Source: Pirellulaceae bacterium
Lineage (GTDB): Bacteria > Planctomycetota > Planctomycetia > Pirellulales > Pirellulaceae
Length of the DNA stretch: 64,000 nucleotides
Reading direction: 5' to 3'
NCBI GenBank assembly: GCA_041739975.1
Contig: JBGSMY010000155.1
Span: 533 to 64,532 of the forward strand
Notes under the pieces: model-generated
Seen by the model: only the letters and a program-made list of their open reading frames with translations
Database searches by the model: none
Told to the model about the DNA's origin: nothing
Shown: piece after piece, positions 51,601-60,308 of the stretch
Layout of the letters: each line of letters opens with the position of its first letter
Position numbering within the stretch: the stretch's first letter is position 1
Translations under genes and position numbers: made by a program

Positions 51601-52630
51601 TACGGTGGACCAGTTTGATCTAGCCAAGATTGAGCCGCATTTATTGGTCAACATTCAAGTGGTGGATGAGACGGGGAAATTGGTTGCACAGTCGAGGAAA
51701 CTGCAAGAGCTTGCGCCGCAATTTGCACTGACGGGCGGCGAAGTGGTTGTCGAAGTCTCGCCTTGGCATCGCGATGGGTTGCAGCAATGGAGTTGGGGCG
51801 ATTTGCCCGAACGCGTGACCGTAAAACGTGGAATGGCACAAGTGGAATTGTTTCCGACAGTTGTTGACCGGGGCACCAGTGTCGATTTGCGTTTGGTTGC
51901 AACTAAGGAGTTGGCGGAACAGAATTTAATGCATGGCGTTACGCGTTTGTTGCGTCTGGCACACCGAAAATTGATCAAATCACAAGTGTCGTGGTTGCCA
52001 GACTGGACGATGTGTCAATTGCGAATGGCCAGTTGGGTCAAAGCGGATGAATTGTCGGAGCAGATGGGCGATTTGATGGTCCGCGCGAGTTTGGTCGAGG
52101 ACTTGCCAGCAGTGCGTTCGGAAAGCGAATTTCAGCGGCGAAGTCAGATGGCGAGCAGTGCGATTTCAGGGCTTGTGGTTGACATTGCTAAGTGGTTTCC
52201 ACAGCTTGCCAATGGGGCTCATCAAGTACAACTGCAAACTTCGGACCTCAAACGCTGGCCGGAGATTCATGAGGATGTTAAGCAGCAGTTAGCGAATTTG
52301 TTTCCCGATAATTTCTTGCGGGATACTCCTTGGCAGTGGCTGCAGCAGTTGCCGAGATATTTGAAAGCGATTAGTTATCGTATTGAGAAGCTCAAAAGTG
52401 GGGGGGCGGTTGTCGACAGTGCTTCTCGTTCGATTATTGCGAAGCATTGGCAAAACTATACCGAGCGATTGGCCATGCACCAGCAGCAAGGTTGGCTGGA
52501 TGGCGAATTATTGACTTATCGTTGGCTCATTGAAGAGCTACGCGTTTCGTTATTTGCCCAACCGCTGGGAACTCGTCAAGCGGTGAGTGATAAGCGATTG
52601 GAAAAACAATTTGAAAAAATTCGGCGATAA
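48656..52630 (+). CDS. hrpA: ATP-dependent RNA helicase HrpA (DEAH-box)
   Basis: GETGSGKSTQLP, DEAHERS, SAT and QRAGRCGR, plus the long HrpA-type C-terminal extension. Length is 1324 aa. Confidence 0.95.
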   Translation: MNVVTQSELPNDQIAQAMRRDQYHLRQRWQRLPRNQQTSDWERWRHDLKQSVQLRTERQRRWRAPTLDLTLPIAEQAAAIQQAIAEHQVIIVCGETGSGKSTQLPLIVMQMGYGVAGMIGHTQPRRIAARSVAARLAEQLQSPLGQQVGFKIRFTEQTNPHTFVKVMTDGILLAETQSDRSLEQYEILIIDEAHERSLNIDFILGLLKQLLPKRPELKVIITSATMDTERFSAHFAASTGEFAPLIHVAGRTFPVDIVYSAAQQNADRDSAFLDHEEDVHEQVIDACRQLMLRGPGDILVFLPTENEIRLIAKKLRGALLAAVSTGLEILPLYARLSLEQQNQVFRPHQHRRIVLATNVAESSLTVPGIHYVVDSGTARISRYAPRSKVQRLPIEPISQASANQRAGRCGRIAPGVCIRLYTREDYDSRPAFTTPEIRRTNLAGTILQLLTLGLGDIESFPLIDPPSPDLIRDGYKTLIELQALTADRKLTDLGRRLSRLPVDPRIARMIYAAVDQHCLADILVIVAGLESQDARVRPTEQAAQADQAHSQWDHADSDFMAMVQLWDWINARRESLSKSQFRKALEQNFLSYTLVNQWHEVYRQLLSMIGDQSIRIGSRTNDYDAIHKSLLTGLLSSIANRGERLEYQGAGGISFVIWPGSGIIRSQKSQVPGQSGSSRAPHKREKAPNLTAPDWIVAGEVLETTRRYGRTIAAIDPDWLEQLAGHLVKRHHVDPHWSSKQQAAMVYENVTLFGLNIVARLRIGYSAIDAVASRRLLIEHGLLQYDLQPLPQFLTHNRGLIGSVVQLAQKTRMRQLIVDDYQLLQFYERHLPAAVVDARSLRQMIKATPELEKQLEFRWDDLGLADDVLEAAEQLPDQVPIGNTTAQVTYRFTPGTEDDGPNLLIPAETVRQLDDSQLGWLIPGLHLERIVSLIRSLPKSIRRNLVPAPDVARRVQQQWQFGQGNFLQEVARQLGKIAGEPITVDQFDLAKIEPHLLVNIQVVDETGKLVAQSRKLQELAPQFALTGGEVVVEVSPWHRDGLQQWSWGDLPERVTVKRGMAQVELFPTVVDRGTSVDLRLVATKELAEQNLMHGVTRLLRLAHRKLIKSQVSWLPDWTMCQLRMASWVKADELSEQMGDLMVRASLVEDLPAVRSESEFQRRSQMASSAISGLVVDIAKWFPQLANGAHQVQLQTSDLKRWPEIHEDVKQQLANLFPDNFLRDTPWQWLQQLPRYLKAISYRIEKLKSGGAVVDSASRSIIAKHWQNYTERLAMHQQQGWLDGELLTYRWLIEELRVSLFAQPLGTRQAVSDKRLEKQFEKIRR

Positions 52631-52660
52631 GTTGAAAGGAAACTTTAGATCGATTTGAGC

Positions 52661-52803
52661 CGAAACTACCAGCGACAACCGGTTGTGAGTATAGAACTCG
52701 AAACTACCGGCGACAGCCGGTAGTGAGTTACAATCAGCTAATACCGCGGCAACGCGCCACCGAAACTACCGGCGACAGCCGGTAGTGAGTTACTTTCAGC
52801 TAA
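52661..52803. repeat. Three copies of a hairpin-bearing intergenic repeat (CGAAACTACCGGCGACAGCCGGTAGTGAGTTA...)
   Basis: Copies start at 52661 (degenerate), 52699 and 52761. Copies 2 and 3 match over about 43 nt with 3 differences. Each folds as a 9-bp stem ACTACCGGC/GCCGGTAGT with a GACA loop (52703-52724 and 52765-52786). Confidence 0.85.
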
Positions 52804-52856
52804 CAGGCGTAAACAATTTGAGTATTGGGTGCCTCGCGTAATATATAACTGGCTAG

Positions 52857-53759
52857 TTGCAGGCCAACTTTTCCTCAACGACTTGGGAGGTGAACTTGAC
52901 GACCGAAATAACAGTCCCTGAATCAGCAGAATTCGTCCCTAATCGATTTTGTCGGCTGAGTCTGGTGATCTCCATGGTCCTATTTGCGTTACTGCTTTTA
53001 GCCTGTTGTGGCTGGGCAAAAAGCTTATTTTTGGAAGTCTTTATTTCTGGAGCCGTAAATCCAACAAGTCGTGCAAATTCTTTACCTGGACTGATTTGCG
53101 GTGGATTTGCGTATTCGGCTCCAATGCAAGCAGCATTTTTATTCGTATTTCTCCCATTCCGATTTTTCGTCAGGATGGTAATTGCCGCAGGTTGGGTGGC
53201 GATAGTATTGTCGGTATTTGATTGGGGGAATCGGGTTCACCCTTACATGGACAGGCCGTTGATTTTTAGCGACCAAGCGATATTTAGCTTACCATTATTT
53301 TCTTTGGGGGTATTTTTTTCATTGAGTATTATCAAACAATATCAAGGCTGGGAGCTTGGTTTTTCTAGATCGCCTGGGCGAACCGTGGAACGACGATTTA
53401 CGTTTGCGTCAATGATAATGCTAACATCGTTGGTCGCCGCGGCACTTTGTCCACTGCAAATGATACCGGGTGGAATTGGAATTCCCGGATTGTTGATTCT
53501 ACCGTTGGGGATGGTATGCGGGTTAATTGCCGCGTCAAACATACGGCTGTTAATGAGTGTTCATTCATTAGCGACGGGATTGTTGTTTTTGTTAATGGCA
53601 TTTTTAAGTTTTCTCACGCTTCAACAAATAATGTACGCTGGCGGCGCCGGCGGACTTGCCCTCGGCAATGGAATTTTATTTAGTTCGGATTTATTATCCA
53701 GTTTTTCCGGATTTGTCATTTTGCGAATTCATGGAGTTTGTCTTCGTAAGAAAATTTGA
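52857..53759 (+). CDS. Polytopic membrane protein, hypothetical
   Basis: A 300-aa ORF with about 7-8 hydrophobic helices and visibly lower GC than its neighbours. The start is uncertain: TTG at 52857, or TTG at 52896 after GGGAGG. Confidence 0.6.
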   Translation: MQANFSSTTWEVNLTTEITVPESAEFVPNRFCRLSLVISMVLFALLLLACCGWAKSLFLEVFISGAVNPTSRANSLPGLICGGFAYSAPMQAAFLFVFLPFRFFVRMVIAAGWVAIVLSVFDWGNRVHPYMDRPLIFSDQAIFSLPLFSLGVFFSLSIIKQYQGWELGFSRSPGRTVERRFTFASMIMLTSLVAAALCPLQMIPGGIGIPGLLILPLGMVCGLIAASNIRLLMSVHSLATGLLFLLMAFLSFLTLQQIMYAGGAGGLALGNGILFSSDLLSSFSGFVILRIHGVCLRKKI

Positions 53760-53931
53760 AATGGTAATACGATTGTGGTGGAATGCTTGGCCTTGGCGAT
53801 ATGGTATCGAGGTGGGAACATGCTTTAACTGTACCCCAGCCACCTGACCGGGAACATGCGGTTGTGATCAACGAAATGAATATCCGAATCACCATGGACA
53901 CTTACGAACGAAAGTATGAGGGGAGCATTGA

Positions 53932-54651
53932 ATGTCAAGACATTATTCTGAATTTGGATTTGCTGACATAAATAATGCGCGCCGATATGCTTCGGGGAGT
54001 CCGCGTGCTTTTTTTCCGGGCATGTCTGTTATGCATACGCTTACGGCACAATTGATCGGTGAATCCACTCCAACAGACGGGAGTGTTTTAGTGGTTGGCG
54101 CGGGTGGCGGTTTGGAAATAGCCGCTTGGTCCGAGCTTGAACCCGCTTGGCGATTTATTGCTGTAGAGCCTTCACCGGAAATGATTCAAGCAGGTCGAGA
54201 GAACTTAATAGCGCGATCTAACCAGGTCGAATGGGTTGAGGCGTATATTCAGGACGCCCCTGAAGGGCCATTTGACGCGGCCACCTGTTTGCTGACACTG
54301 CATTTGATTCCTGATGATGGCAGTAAGCTGGAATCACTTCGGGAAATTCGGAAACGGCTCAAACCGGGTGGCATGTTTGCAGTTGTCGACAACTGTTTTG
54401 AACGAAATGATCCAGCGGTTGAGCGGGTCCTCGACCGTTTTATTGAACATGCGCGGCGCAGTGGAATTGTTGATCAAGAGCTTTTGGAGATGGTGCGGCA
54501 GAATAATAAAGAAAAAGGAGAGTCAGTCTGTGCAGTGCGCGAGCTCGAATTGTTGGAACAAGCCGGTTTTGAAAGCATTGAACTCTACTTTGCCGCTTTG
54601 TCCTGGAGAGGTTGGATTCGCAAAAATCCCAACACCCGTGAACCTGATTAA
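53932..54651 (+). CDS. Class I SAM-dependent methyltransferase
   Basis: Motif I VLVVGAGGGLE, an acidic loop, and LKPGGMFAV. Confidence 0.8.
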   Translation: MSRHYSEFGFADINNARRYASGSPRAFFPGMSVMHTLTAQLIGESTPTDGSVLVVGAGGGLEIAAWSELEPAWRFIAVEPSPEMIQAGRENLIARSNQVEWVEAYIQDAPEGPFDAATCLLTLHLIPDDGSKLESLREIRKRLKPGGMFAVVDNCFERNDPAVERVLDRFIEHARRSGIVDQELLEMVRQNNKEKGESVCAVRELELLEQAGFESIELYFAALSWRGWIRKNPNTREPD

Positions 54652-54723
54652 CCGATTGGAAGCCTTTGATGATTTAGAGTACGAGCTCTCAGGCGAACAT
54701 TGCAACGATTTAGCCCATTAAAA

Positions 54724-55848
54724 TCACTCGTTTGACAATCTGGCCTTAAGCCATTCGACCATACTTGGAGTTACTGGGATTGGCAATTCTGGCGGCGGCT
54801 CAACAGGGACAAGTTGTTTGCCAATAGCCGACAATAGGTCCGGTATTCCTTGTCCGGTTCGGGTTGAGGTCAAGATTGCGTCGCCAGAGATTTCTTTAGT
54901 TGGGACTAGATCCGATTTGTTGTGGACGCACAAGTCAACCGTGAGTTCGTCAAACGATGATGGCAGTCCATCCAATTGTGACTGAGTTGCATCGACCACG
55001 GAAACCAAACAATCTGCGTTAACCATTTGTTGTTGCGCGTAAGCGATCCCGGTGGCTTCGATGGTATCGCTGGCGTCGCGGATGCCCGCCGTATCACTTA
55101 GATTTACCAGCCAACCGTCGATGGCAGTCGTTTGTGTGACGACATCTCGAGTCGTTCCGGGTTGTTCGTGGACAATGGAACGGTTGAACCCCAGGCAGGC
55201 GTTGATGAGACTACTTTTGCCAACGTTTGGTTGGCCAAAAAACACGACCTCAAACGGTTGCGTCAAATGTCTGCCAAACCGAGACCAGGCAAGGGACGAT
55301 TGGATGGTGGCGATAACCAAGGGGTTGACCGGCAATCGGTCGACTTGAGGACCCCAGGTTTGCCATAACCACCATTGATGCAACAGAATCAGGCTTCCGC
55401 GCTGCGTGGTTGCCAGCGCCAGCGCCGATTCAATTTCTGCAACCCAACGATTAGATTGTTGTCGTGCGAATTCTCTTGGTGGAGCTTCGATTGCTCCCGC
55501 CCATCGCAAACTGGACTGAATAACGGCAACGGCGAATCCAGCATGCGACTGAATTTCAAAATAGTCGTCGGCAATACGACTAACGACCAGATCTTCGCCT
55601 GGCAGACTTTCTCCTGAGACATTATTAATTGGCGGAATGGCGTCGATGATTGGTTCACGATCAAAACGCCATTTTCCATATCGAATGGAGTTTAATGGCC
55701 AAGATTCCGGCGCTGACTTTGTTTGGGGAAGGAAAACCTGTGCGATCACATCAGCCGCGTTGACTCCCCAAACGGCGGTTGTCGCAATCGCACCCGGCAA
55801 TTTGCCGGTTAGCGTAGAAAACTGAACAGAACGGGAGTGTTCGTTCAT
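54724..55848 (-). CDS. MnmE(TrmE)-like GTPase, short and divergent form
   Basis: N-domain GAIATTAVWG and EIQSHAG...GAIEAPPREFARQ (compare GAIAIxRxSG and EIHCHGG...A.PGEFTxRAF). G motifs GQPNVGKSSLINA, DTAGIR and NKSDL. Only about 35 aa follow the G domain. Confidence 0.7.
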   Translation of the reverse strand: MNEHSRSVQFSTLTGKLPGAIATTAVWGVNAADVIAQVFLPQTKSAPESWPLNSIRYGKWRFDREPIIDAIPPINNVSGESLPGEDLVVSRIADDYFEIQSHAGFAVAVIQSSLRWAGAIEAPPREFARQQSNRWVAEIESALALATTQRGSLILLHQWWLWQTWGPQVDRLPVNPLVIATIQSSLAWSRFGRHLTQPFEVVFFGQPNVGKSSLINACLGFNRSIVHEQPGTTRDVVTQTTAIDGWLVNLSDTAGIRDASDTIEATGIAYAQQQMVNADCLVSVVDATQSQLDGLPSSFDELTVDLCVHNKSDLVPTKEISGDAILTSTRTGQGIPDLLSAIGKQLVPVEPPPELPIPVTPSMVEWLKARLSNE

Positions 55849-56675
55849 AAGGTTTCGACTGCCGATTCTTGTGACTCAACATCAGCGATTTGAGTCATCG
55901 CGTCTAAGATCAAATGAGGTTCATATCGCCAAGCGTCGGGCAATTGCTGATGGATCGGCATCAAGCCGCCGCCAGTCATGACGACAGATGCCTGACCACC
56001 CACCCTTTGTTGCATTTCGTCGACAATATGTCGCAGCGCACCCAATTGCATACGCAGAACGCCGCTGGCAATCGCCTGTTCAGTATTTCGACCACAGGGA
56101 TCCCTGGGCCATTCCGGTTGGGTTAATTGCGGCAATTGGGCAGTCCCACGTTGCAGGCTTTCAAAACAAAGCTTGATCCCTGGAAAAATCGTGCCGCCTA
56201 AAAATACGCGATCGTTGGAAACGAGATCGACGGTGACTGCCGTTCCGGAATCAACCGCGATCGTCGGTTTGTGTTTGGCGGTCAAGGAACTGGCTTGCCA
56301 AGCCGCTAAGAGTCGATCGATCCCGACACGATTCGGATAATCGACGTCAATTGCAATCGGCACATCACGATAAGTTAGCGTCTGCAACGTGTCGTGAGAT
56401 CGCGATGATTTGACGGCGTGGATAAGTTCGTCGGCACGGCGAGAATTGACGCTGGCGATGTGCCATCGGGCGTTGGGCCATTCGTTGAACTGCGTCAATT
56501 CAGAAATATGTTGACAAGTGAAATATTGGGGCTCGCGTTGGCTCCAAAATGTCGCCGGCCAAGCGAGAATTGTAGGGGCGAAACGGCGGTCGTCAAACGT
56601 AGTATCGCGATAGGGGCGAATTGCAATCTTAGTTGAGTGGTTGCCGACATCCGCGACAATTTGAAGAATTGGCAT
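55845..56675 (-). CDS. coaX: Type III pantothenate kinase
   Basis: ASKHA-fold motifs VADVGNHSTKIA, DSGTAVTVD and GGTIFPG. Its stop overlaps the downstream mnmE-like start by 4 nt. Confidence 0.85.
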   Translation of the reverse strand: MPILQIVADVGNHSTKIAIRPYRDTTFDDRRFAPTILAWPATFWSQREPQYFTCQHISELTQFNEWPNARWHIASVNSRRADELIHAVKSSRSHDTLQTLTYRDVPIAIDVDYPNRVGIDRLLAAWQASSLTAKHKPTIAVDSGTAVTVDLVSNDRVFLGGTIFPGIKLCFESLQRGTAQLPQLTQPEWPRDPCGRNTEQAIASGVLRMQLGALRHIVDEMQQRVGGQASVVMTGGGLMPIHQQLPDAWRYEPHLILDAMTQIADVESQESAVETL

Positions 56676-56682
56676 ATTTCAC

Positions 56683-57690
56683 CTATGCGGAGATTGGCGC
56701 TACCGGCTGATCCAAGGCTTGAACGATCAAACGACTTAATTCTACCAAGCCGACACCCGTTTGCGCCGAGATCGCTAATACGGGCTTGCCAATTTCTTGT
56801 GCTAATTGTTGGCGGACTTCTTCAGAGCCTGGAAGCTCCGACTTGGAAATTACCACAATTTCTTTGCGACTAGCCAGCGCTGGGTTATATTCGACGAGTT
56901 CGTGCCGAATGGCTTGGTAGTTGGCGATTGGATCACTGCCATCGACCGGCGAAGGTTCGATTAAATGGACCAATACGCCCGAACGTTCGATATGTTTTAG
57001 AAAATCGTGACCCAAACCAACACCTTGGGCTGCACCTTCGATTAGCCCTGGAATATCCGCCATCACAATAGAGCGATCATAGTTGACCACGACCATTCCC
57101 AAGTTGGGGTACTTTGTCGTAAACGGATAATCGGCGATTTCGGGTTTCGCCTTGGTCATTCGACTCAATAGAGTGCTTTTCCCGGCGTTCGGTTTGCCGA
57201 TTAAACCCACGTCAGCGATTACTTTAAGTTCCAAAACAATGCGACGTTGTTCGCCCGGATCGCCTTGCGTAAAGTGCCGCGGGGCTTGGTTGGTTGAGGT
57301 TTTGAACCAAGCATTTCCTTTACCACCATGTCCACCACGGGCGGCGACGATTTGTTCGCCAGCTTGTTTCATATCTTTGATTACGATGTCATTTTCCTCG
57401 TCGATAATCAGCGTGCCTGGAGGGACCAAAATAACGATATCTTCGGCCGACTTGCCATGACAATTAGAACCTTCGCCGTTGGAGCCATGGGGTGCTGCCC
57501 AACGTTTTTTGTGAGACAGCGCGACTAAGCTGTTAACACCAGATTCCGCGCGAATATGGACACTGCCTCCATCGCCTCCATTGCCGCCGTCCGGACCGCC
57601 AAATGGGATATACTTTTCACGTCGGAAACTCATACAGCCATTGCCACCTCGGCCACCAACAACATCAATCCGGACTCGGTCCACAAACAT
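56683..57690 (-). CDS. obg: GTPase Obg/CgtA
   Basis: MFVDRVRIDVVGGRGGNGCMSFRREKYIPFGGPDGGNGGDGGSV (Gly-rich Obg fold), GKPNAGKSTLL and DIPGLIEGA. Confidence 0.95.
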   Translation of the reverse strand: MFVDRVRIDVVGGRGGNGCMSFRREKYIPFGGPDGGNGGDGGSVHIRAESGVNSLVALSHKKRWAAPHGSNGEGSNCHGKSAEDIVILVPPGTLIIDEENDIVIKDMKQAGEQIVAARGGHGGKGNAWFKTSTNQAPRHFTQGDPGEQRRIVLELKVIADVGLIGKPNAGKSTLLSRMTKAKPEIADYPFTTKYPNLGMVVVNYDRSIVMADIPGLIEGAAQGVGLGHDFLKHIERSGVLVHLIEPSPVDGSDPIANYQAIRHELVEYNPALASRKEIVVISKSELPGSEEVRQQLAQEIGKPVLAISAQTGVGLVELSRLIVQALDQPVAPISA

Positions 57691-57740
57691 TCGATCAATT
57701 TCCTTGGGGAAAAAACCAAGCCTGCTTGAGGCTCAGTAAC

Positions 57741-57769
57741 AAAAAAAGGATGCTGATGAAAAGCATCCT
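57741..57769 (-). terminator. Rho-independent terminator (minus strand), proximal to the obg start
   Basis: The plus strand shows A7 then AGGATGCT-GATGAAA-AGCATCCT. On the minus strand this is an 8-bp stem followed by T7. Confidence 0.7.
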
Positions 57770-57782
57770 TGCTGTTTCAAAT

Positions 57783-57820
57783 AAAAAAACCCGCTGAACA
57801 AGTAATGACTGTCCAGCGGG
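57783..57820 (-). terminator. Rho-independent terminator (minus strand) in the rpmA 3' region
   Basis: The plus strand shows A7 then CCCGCTGAACA-(9 nt)-TGTCCAGCGGG. On the minus strand this is an 11-bp stem with one mismatch, followed by T7. Confidence 0.7.
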
Positions 57821-57928
57821 TCAGATTGCTTTGTGAGCGGCGAAATAAAAATACTCGCAACTGCGCGTTGGCTTGGACGTTTATTTTCGCTAAGACGGTT
57901 GTTTTTGCCGTTCAGGGTTTATTGTTCA

Positions 57929-57966
57929 GAGCTTATTTTTACCGAGCTTATTTTTATAGAGCTAAT
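57929..57966. repeat. 15-nt period tandem repeat (GAGCTTATTTTTA x2, plus a partial third) downstream of rpmA
   Basis: Read directly from the sequence. It is AT-rich and non-coding. Confidence 0.7.
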
Positions 57967-58036
57967 TGTCAAGGACGTTATTCAGACCCCTGATGTGTCA
58001 AACGATTGAGTACAATCGTTTTACTTTATTCTGAAA

Positions 58037-58303
58037 TTAGTTGGCTTCGGCGACGACATTTTCGGCGACGATATTAATACGTCGGCCTTCTTGGTCGAAT
58101 TGGACTTTGCCGTCAACTAATGCGAACAAGGTGTAATCTTTACCTTGGCCGACATTTTTGCCAGGGTGAAATCGATTGCCAACTTGGCGAATCAAAATGT
58201 TACCCGCAATTACTTGTTCGCCGCCAAAGCGTTTGACGCCGCGTCGTTGACCGTTGGAATCCCGGCCGTTGCGACTCGAGCCTTGACCTTTTTTATGTGC
58301 CAT
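58037..58303 (-). CDS. rpmA: 50S ribosomal protein L27
   Basis: [29 protein letters not shown]..., 88 aa. Confidence 0.95.
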   Translation of the reverse strand: MAHKKGQGSSRNGRDSNGQRRGVKRFGGEQVIAGNILIRQVGNRFHPGKNVGQGKDYTLFALVDGKVQFDQEGRRINIVAENVVAEAN

Positions 58304-58586
58304 TAAATTGACCCTATCTCTACTGACGTTTGTTTAACCGATTTGTGTATTCGTTACCAATTTATTGACCGTCGGATTCCTGCATGATCAAATGACTGAT
58401 CGTCAAGTTCAAATGTCGCCAAACGCAACAGCTTAACCGCAAAGGTAAATCCGAGTCCGTGAGTTTCGGACCAATCAATTAAGATTGTCAATTTCGCCAA
58501 CACTTGGCGGCGAAACTCAGAGGCTAATTACCGCTTAACGACATCAAAACCACCAAGAGTCGTTAAGTAAATTGGAACCGCAGATT

Positions 58587-59885
58587 TTAACGGTAAATCC
58601 ACAAGTAATCAAGGCTTTTAATAAACCGAATCCCTTCGTCCTTTTTTTCCCAGAATTGGGGCTCAAATCGCAAGACAAAACGGCGTGTCTCGCCATTTAG
58701 GGGGGCCTCGAATTCCCATTGGAGTCCGGCGACCAACGGCTTAACGGATACCGATTCGCCAACATCGTAGCCACTTTGGGAGATCGCGGCACCTAAAGCT
58801 TCCGGTAAGGTGCCATTGTCTAGTTCTGCGGTAATCGGTGATGAAAAATCTTTCAGGTCGACTTCTGCGTCATGTTCAGCGATTAAGGCCTCGCGATTAC
58901 CAACGGGGTAATACAAATAAGCGCGAATTTGTGGGCCTGGAAGTTGGTAATGTTTGCAAATTTGCGTTTGTTCGACTGGGTTATCGACGAGTGGAATTCC
59001 ATAGCGGACTTTGTCGAGAATCTGTCGACTGCGGTCGCCCGGGCGCCAAAAGTTAATTTGTAGAGTCTTTGGTTTTAATGTTAGATCACCATTGCCAGCC
59101 TGTTGAACGCGGTAAGCGTTGGTCAACCCTCGAACGTAAACCGAAACAAAATCCAGATCTGGGTTGACATCTTCCCACACTGCAACGCCCCAAACACCAC
59201 CATTGGAATCCGCTTCAACTCGGGGGATGTCGATGTCGCGAATTTCAAACTTGTTGAATAAACGTTGATTGGGGTCCTCTAATTTTTGAATTTCTTTGGC
59301 AACCAACGGTAAATATTGGTCAGCATGGGCAACCCGTTCGTAGTTGCCATCGGATTGCAGTACCCATCCTTCTAGCGAAAATTGGGGGGCAATTCGCGTG
59401 CCATTGGATTCGCTGCTTTCCAACGAGTCGCGGCGGATTTCAGTTTTTGTCGCGTCAATTCCGGTTTCTTCAACTACTTCCTCATACGATAAGCTTTTGC
59501 CCATATCGCGAACGCGATATACCAAATACCAAAAATGCTTAACGACGACTTGGCCATCTGGATTGCGGAACCCAAGTTGGATTTGCCGCAGTCCCAGCGT
59601 CGCAAAATCATGGTGATAAATATTGCGGAACAAAAATACGTTATTAGACTGACCCTCTAACGTGGCAGCGTTGGGCGTGAAGTTTCCCTCAAACTTGGTG
59701 GCCGATAATCCAGGCAGCATCAGAGCCGGCGTGAAACTATCGCGCGCATCGAGCTTGGGAGGCATCGTTTTCAAAACGCCTGGGGCTAATGGACGGGGCT
59801 CGGTTGCCGGTTGCGCCCAAAGCAATTGATTGGAAGCGATGAAAACGAAAGCGATCAGAGCCGCAGTAAACTTCGTAATATTCAT
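58587..59885 (-). CDS. Secreted hypothetical protein
   Basis: Signal peptide MNITKFTAALIAFVFIASNQLLWAQ. A 432-aa globular protein with no domain I recognised. Confidence 0.7.
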   Translation of the reverse strand: MNITKFTAALIAFVFIASNQLLWAQPATEPRPLAPGVLKTMPPKLDARDSFTPALMLPGLSATKFEGNFTPNAATLEGQSNNVFLFRNIYHHDFATLGLRQIQLGFRNPDGQVVVKHFWYLVYRVRDMGKSLSYEEVVEETGIDATKTEIRRDSLESSESNGTRIAPQFSLEGWVLQSDGNYERVAHADQYLPLVAKEIQKLEDPNQRLFNKFEIRDIDIPRVEADSNGGVWGVAVWEDVNPDLDFVSVYVRGLTNAYRVQQAGNGDLTLKPKTLQINFWRPGDRSRQILDKVRYGIPLVDNPVEQTQICKHYQLPGPQIRAYLYYPVGNREALIAEHDAEVDLKDFSSPITAELDNGTLPEALGAAISQSGYDVGESVSVKPLVAGLQWEFEAPLNGETRRFVLRFEPQFWEKKDEGIRFIKSLDYLWIYR

Positions 59886-60308
59886 TTAGGTTTGCCCACT
59901 CAGATTATTTTATCTGGTTACCAAATTTCTTATTTGCCCGACCACACTGCGAAGCTTCGCCAGCCGTTCATTCCCCGTCTTCCTTTTTCGGACGACCTAG
60001 AAATGGACATCTACGAATTGAACGCAAAATCACCAACTTACCGCCGATGGGGGCGCTGCATTCGAAACAAAACCGCCAAGTTCAACGATTTGATCGCTGA
60101 AAATAGTATAGTTGCCCAAGTCCAAAACCGTCAAATTTCTCCTTTAGAATCACCCGAAACCACTCGCTTTTGGCGCAAAACAGCCGCCTTTCGAACTTTT
60201 CGTCAGGATTTTCGTTCGGAATCATTAAAAATGTTTACTCGACCGAGTATAAACGGTACTGAGACAACTGTCGGAAGGTTAGTTTCAATTTTTACACGGA
60301 GAATTTTT

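Noticed and set aside
52661-52803. Possible miniature CRISPR array (repeated ~31-43-nt units with intervening sequence)
   Set aside because: There are only three copies and one is degenerate. Spacing is irregular (38 and 62 nt start to start), with intervening sequence of only ~7 and ~20-30 nt. No cas genes lie in the window. The units are better described as REP-like hairpin repeats.
58534-58567. 9-bp hairpin (CTTAACGAC/GTCGTTAAG) just downstream of the 58587-59885 gene, as a possible terminator
   Set aside because: It has a 16-nt loop and no T-run on the minus strand, so it is not called an intrinsic terminator.
59811-60308. N-terminal 166-aa extension of the ORF-track entry 59811-60563
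   Set aside because: It overlaps the start of the divergent gene 58587-59885 and has no protein-like character. A textbook lipoprotein signal peptide with a GGAGA RBS begins at 60309, so the upstream open frame is treated as fortuitous.
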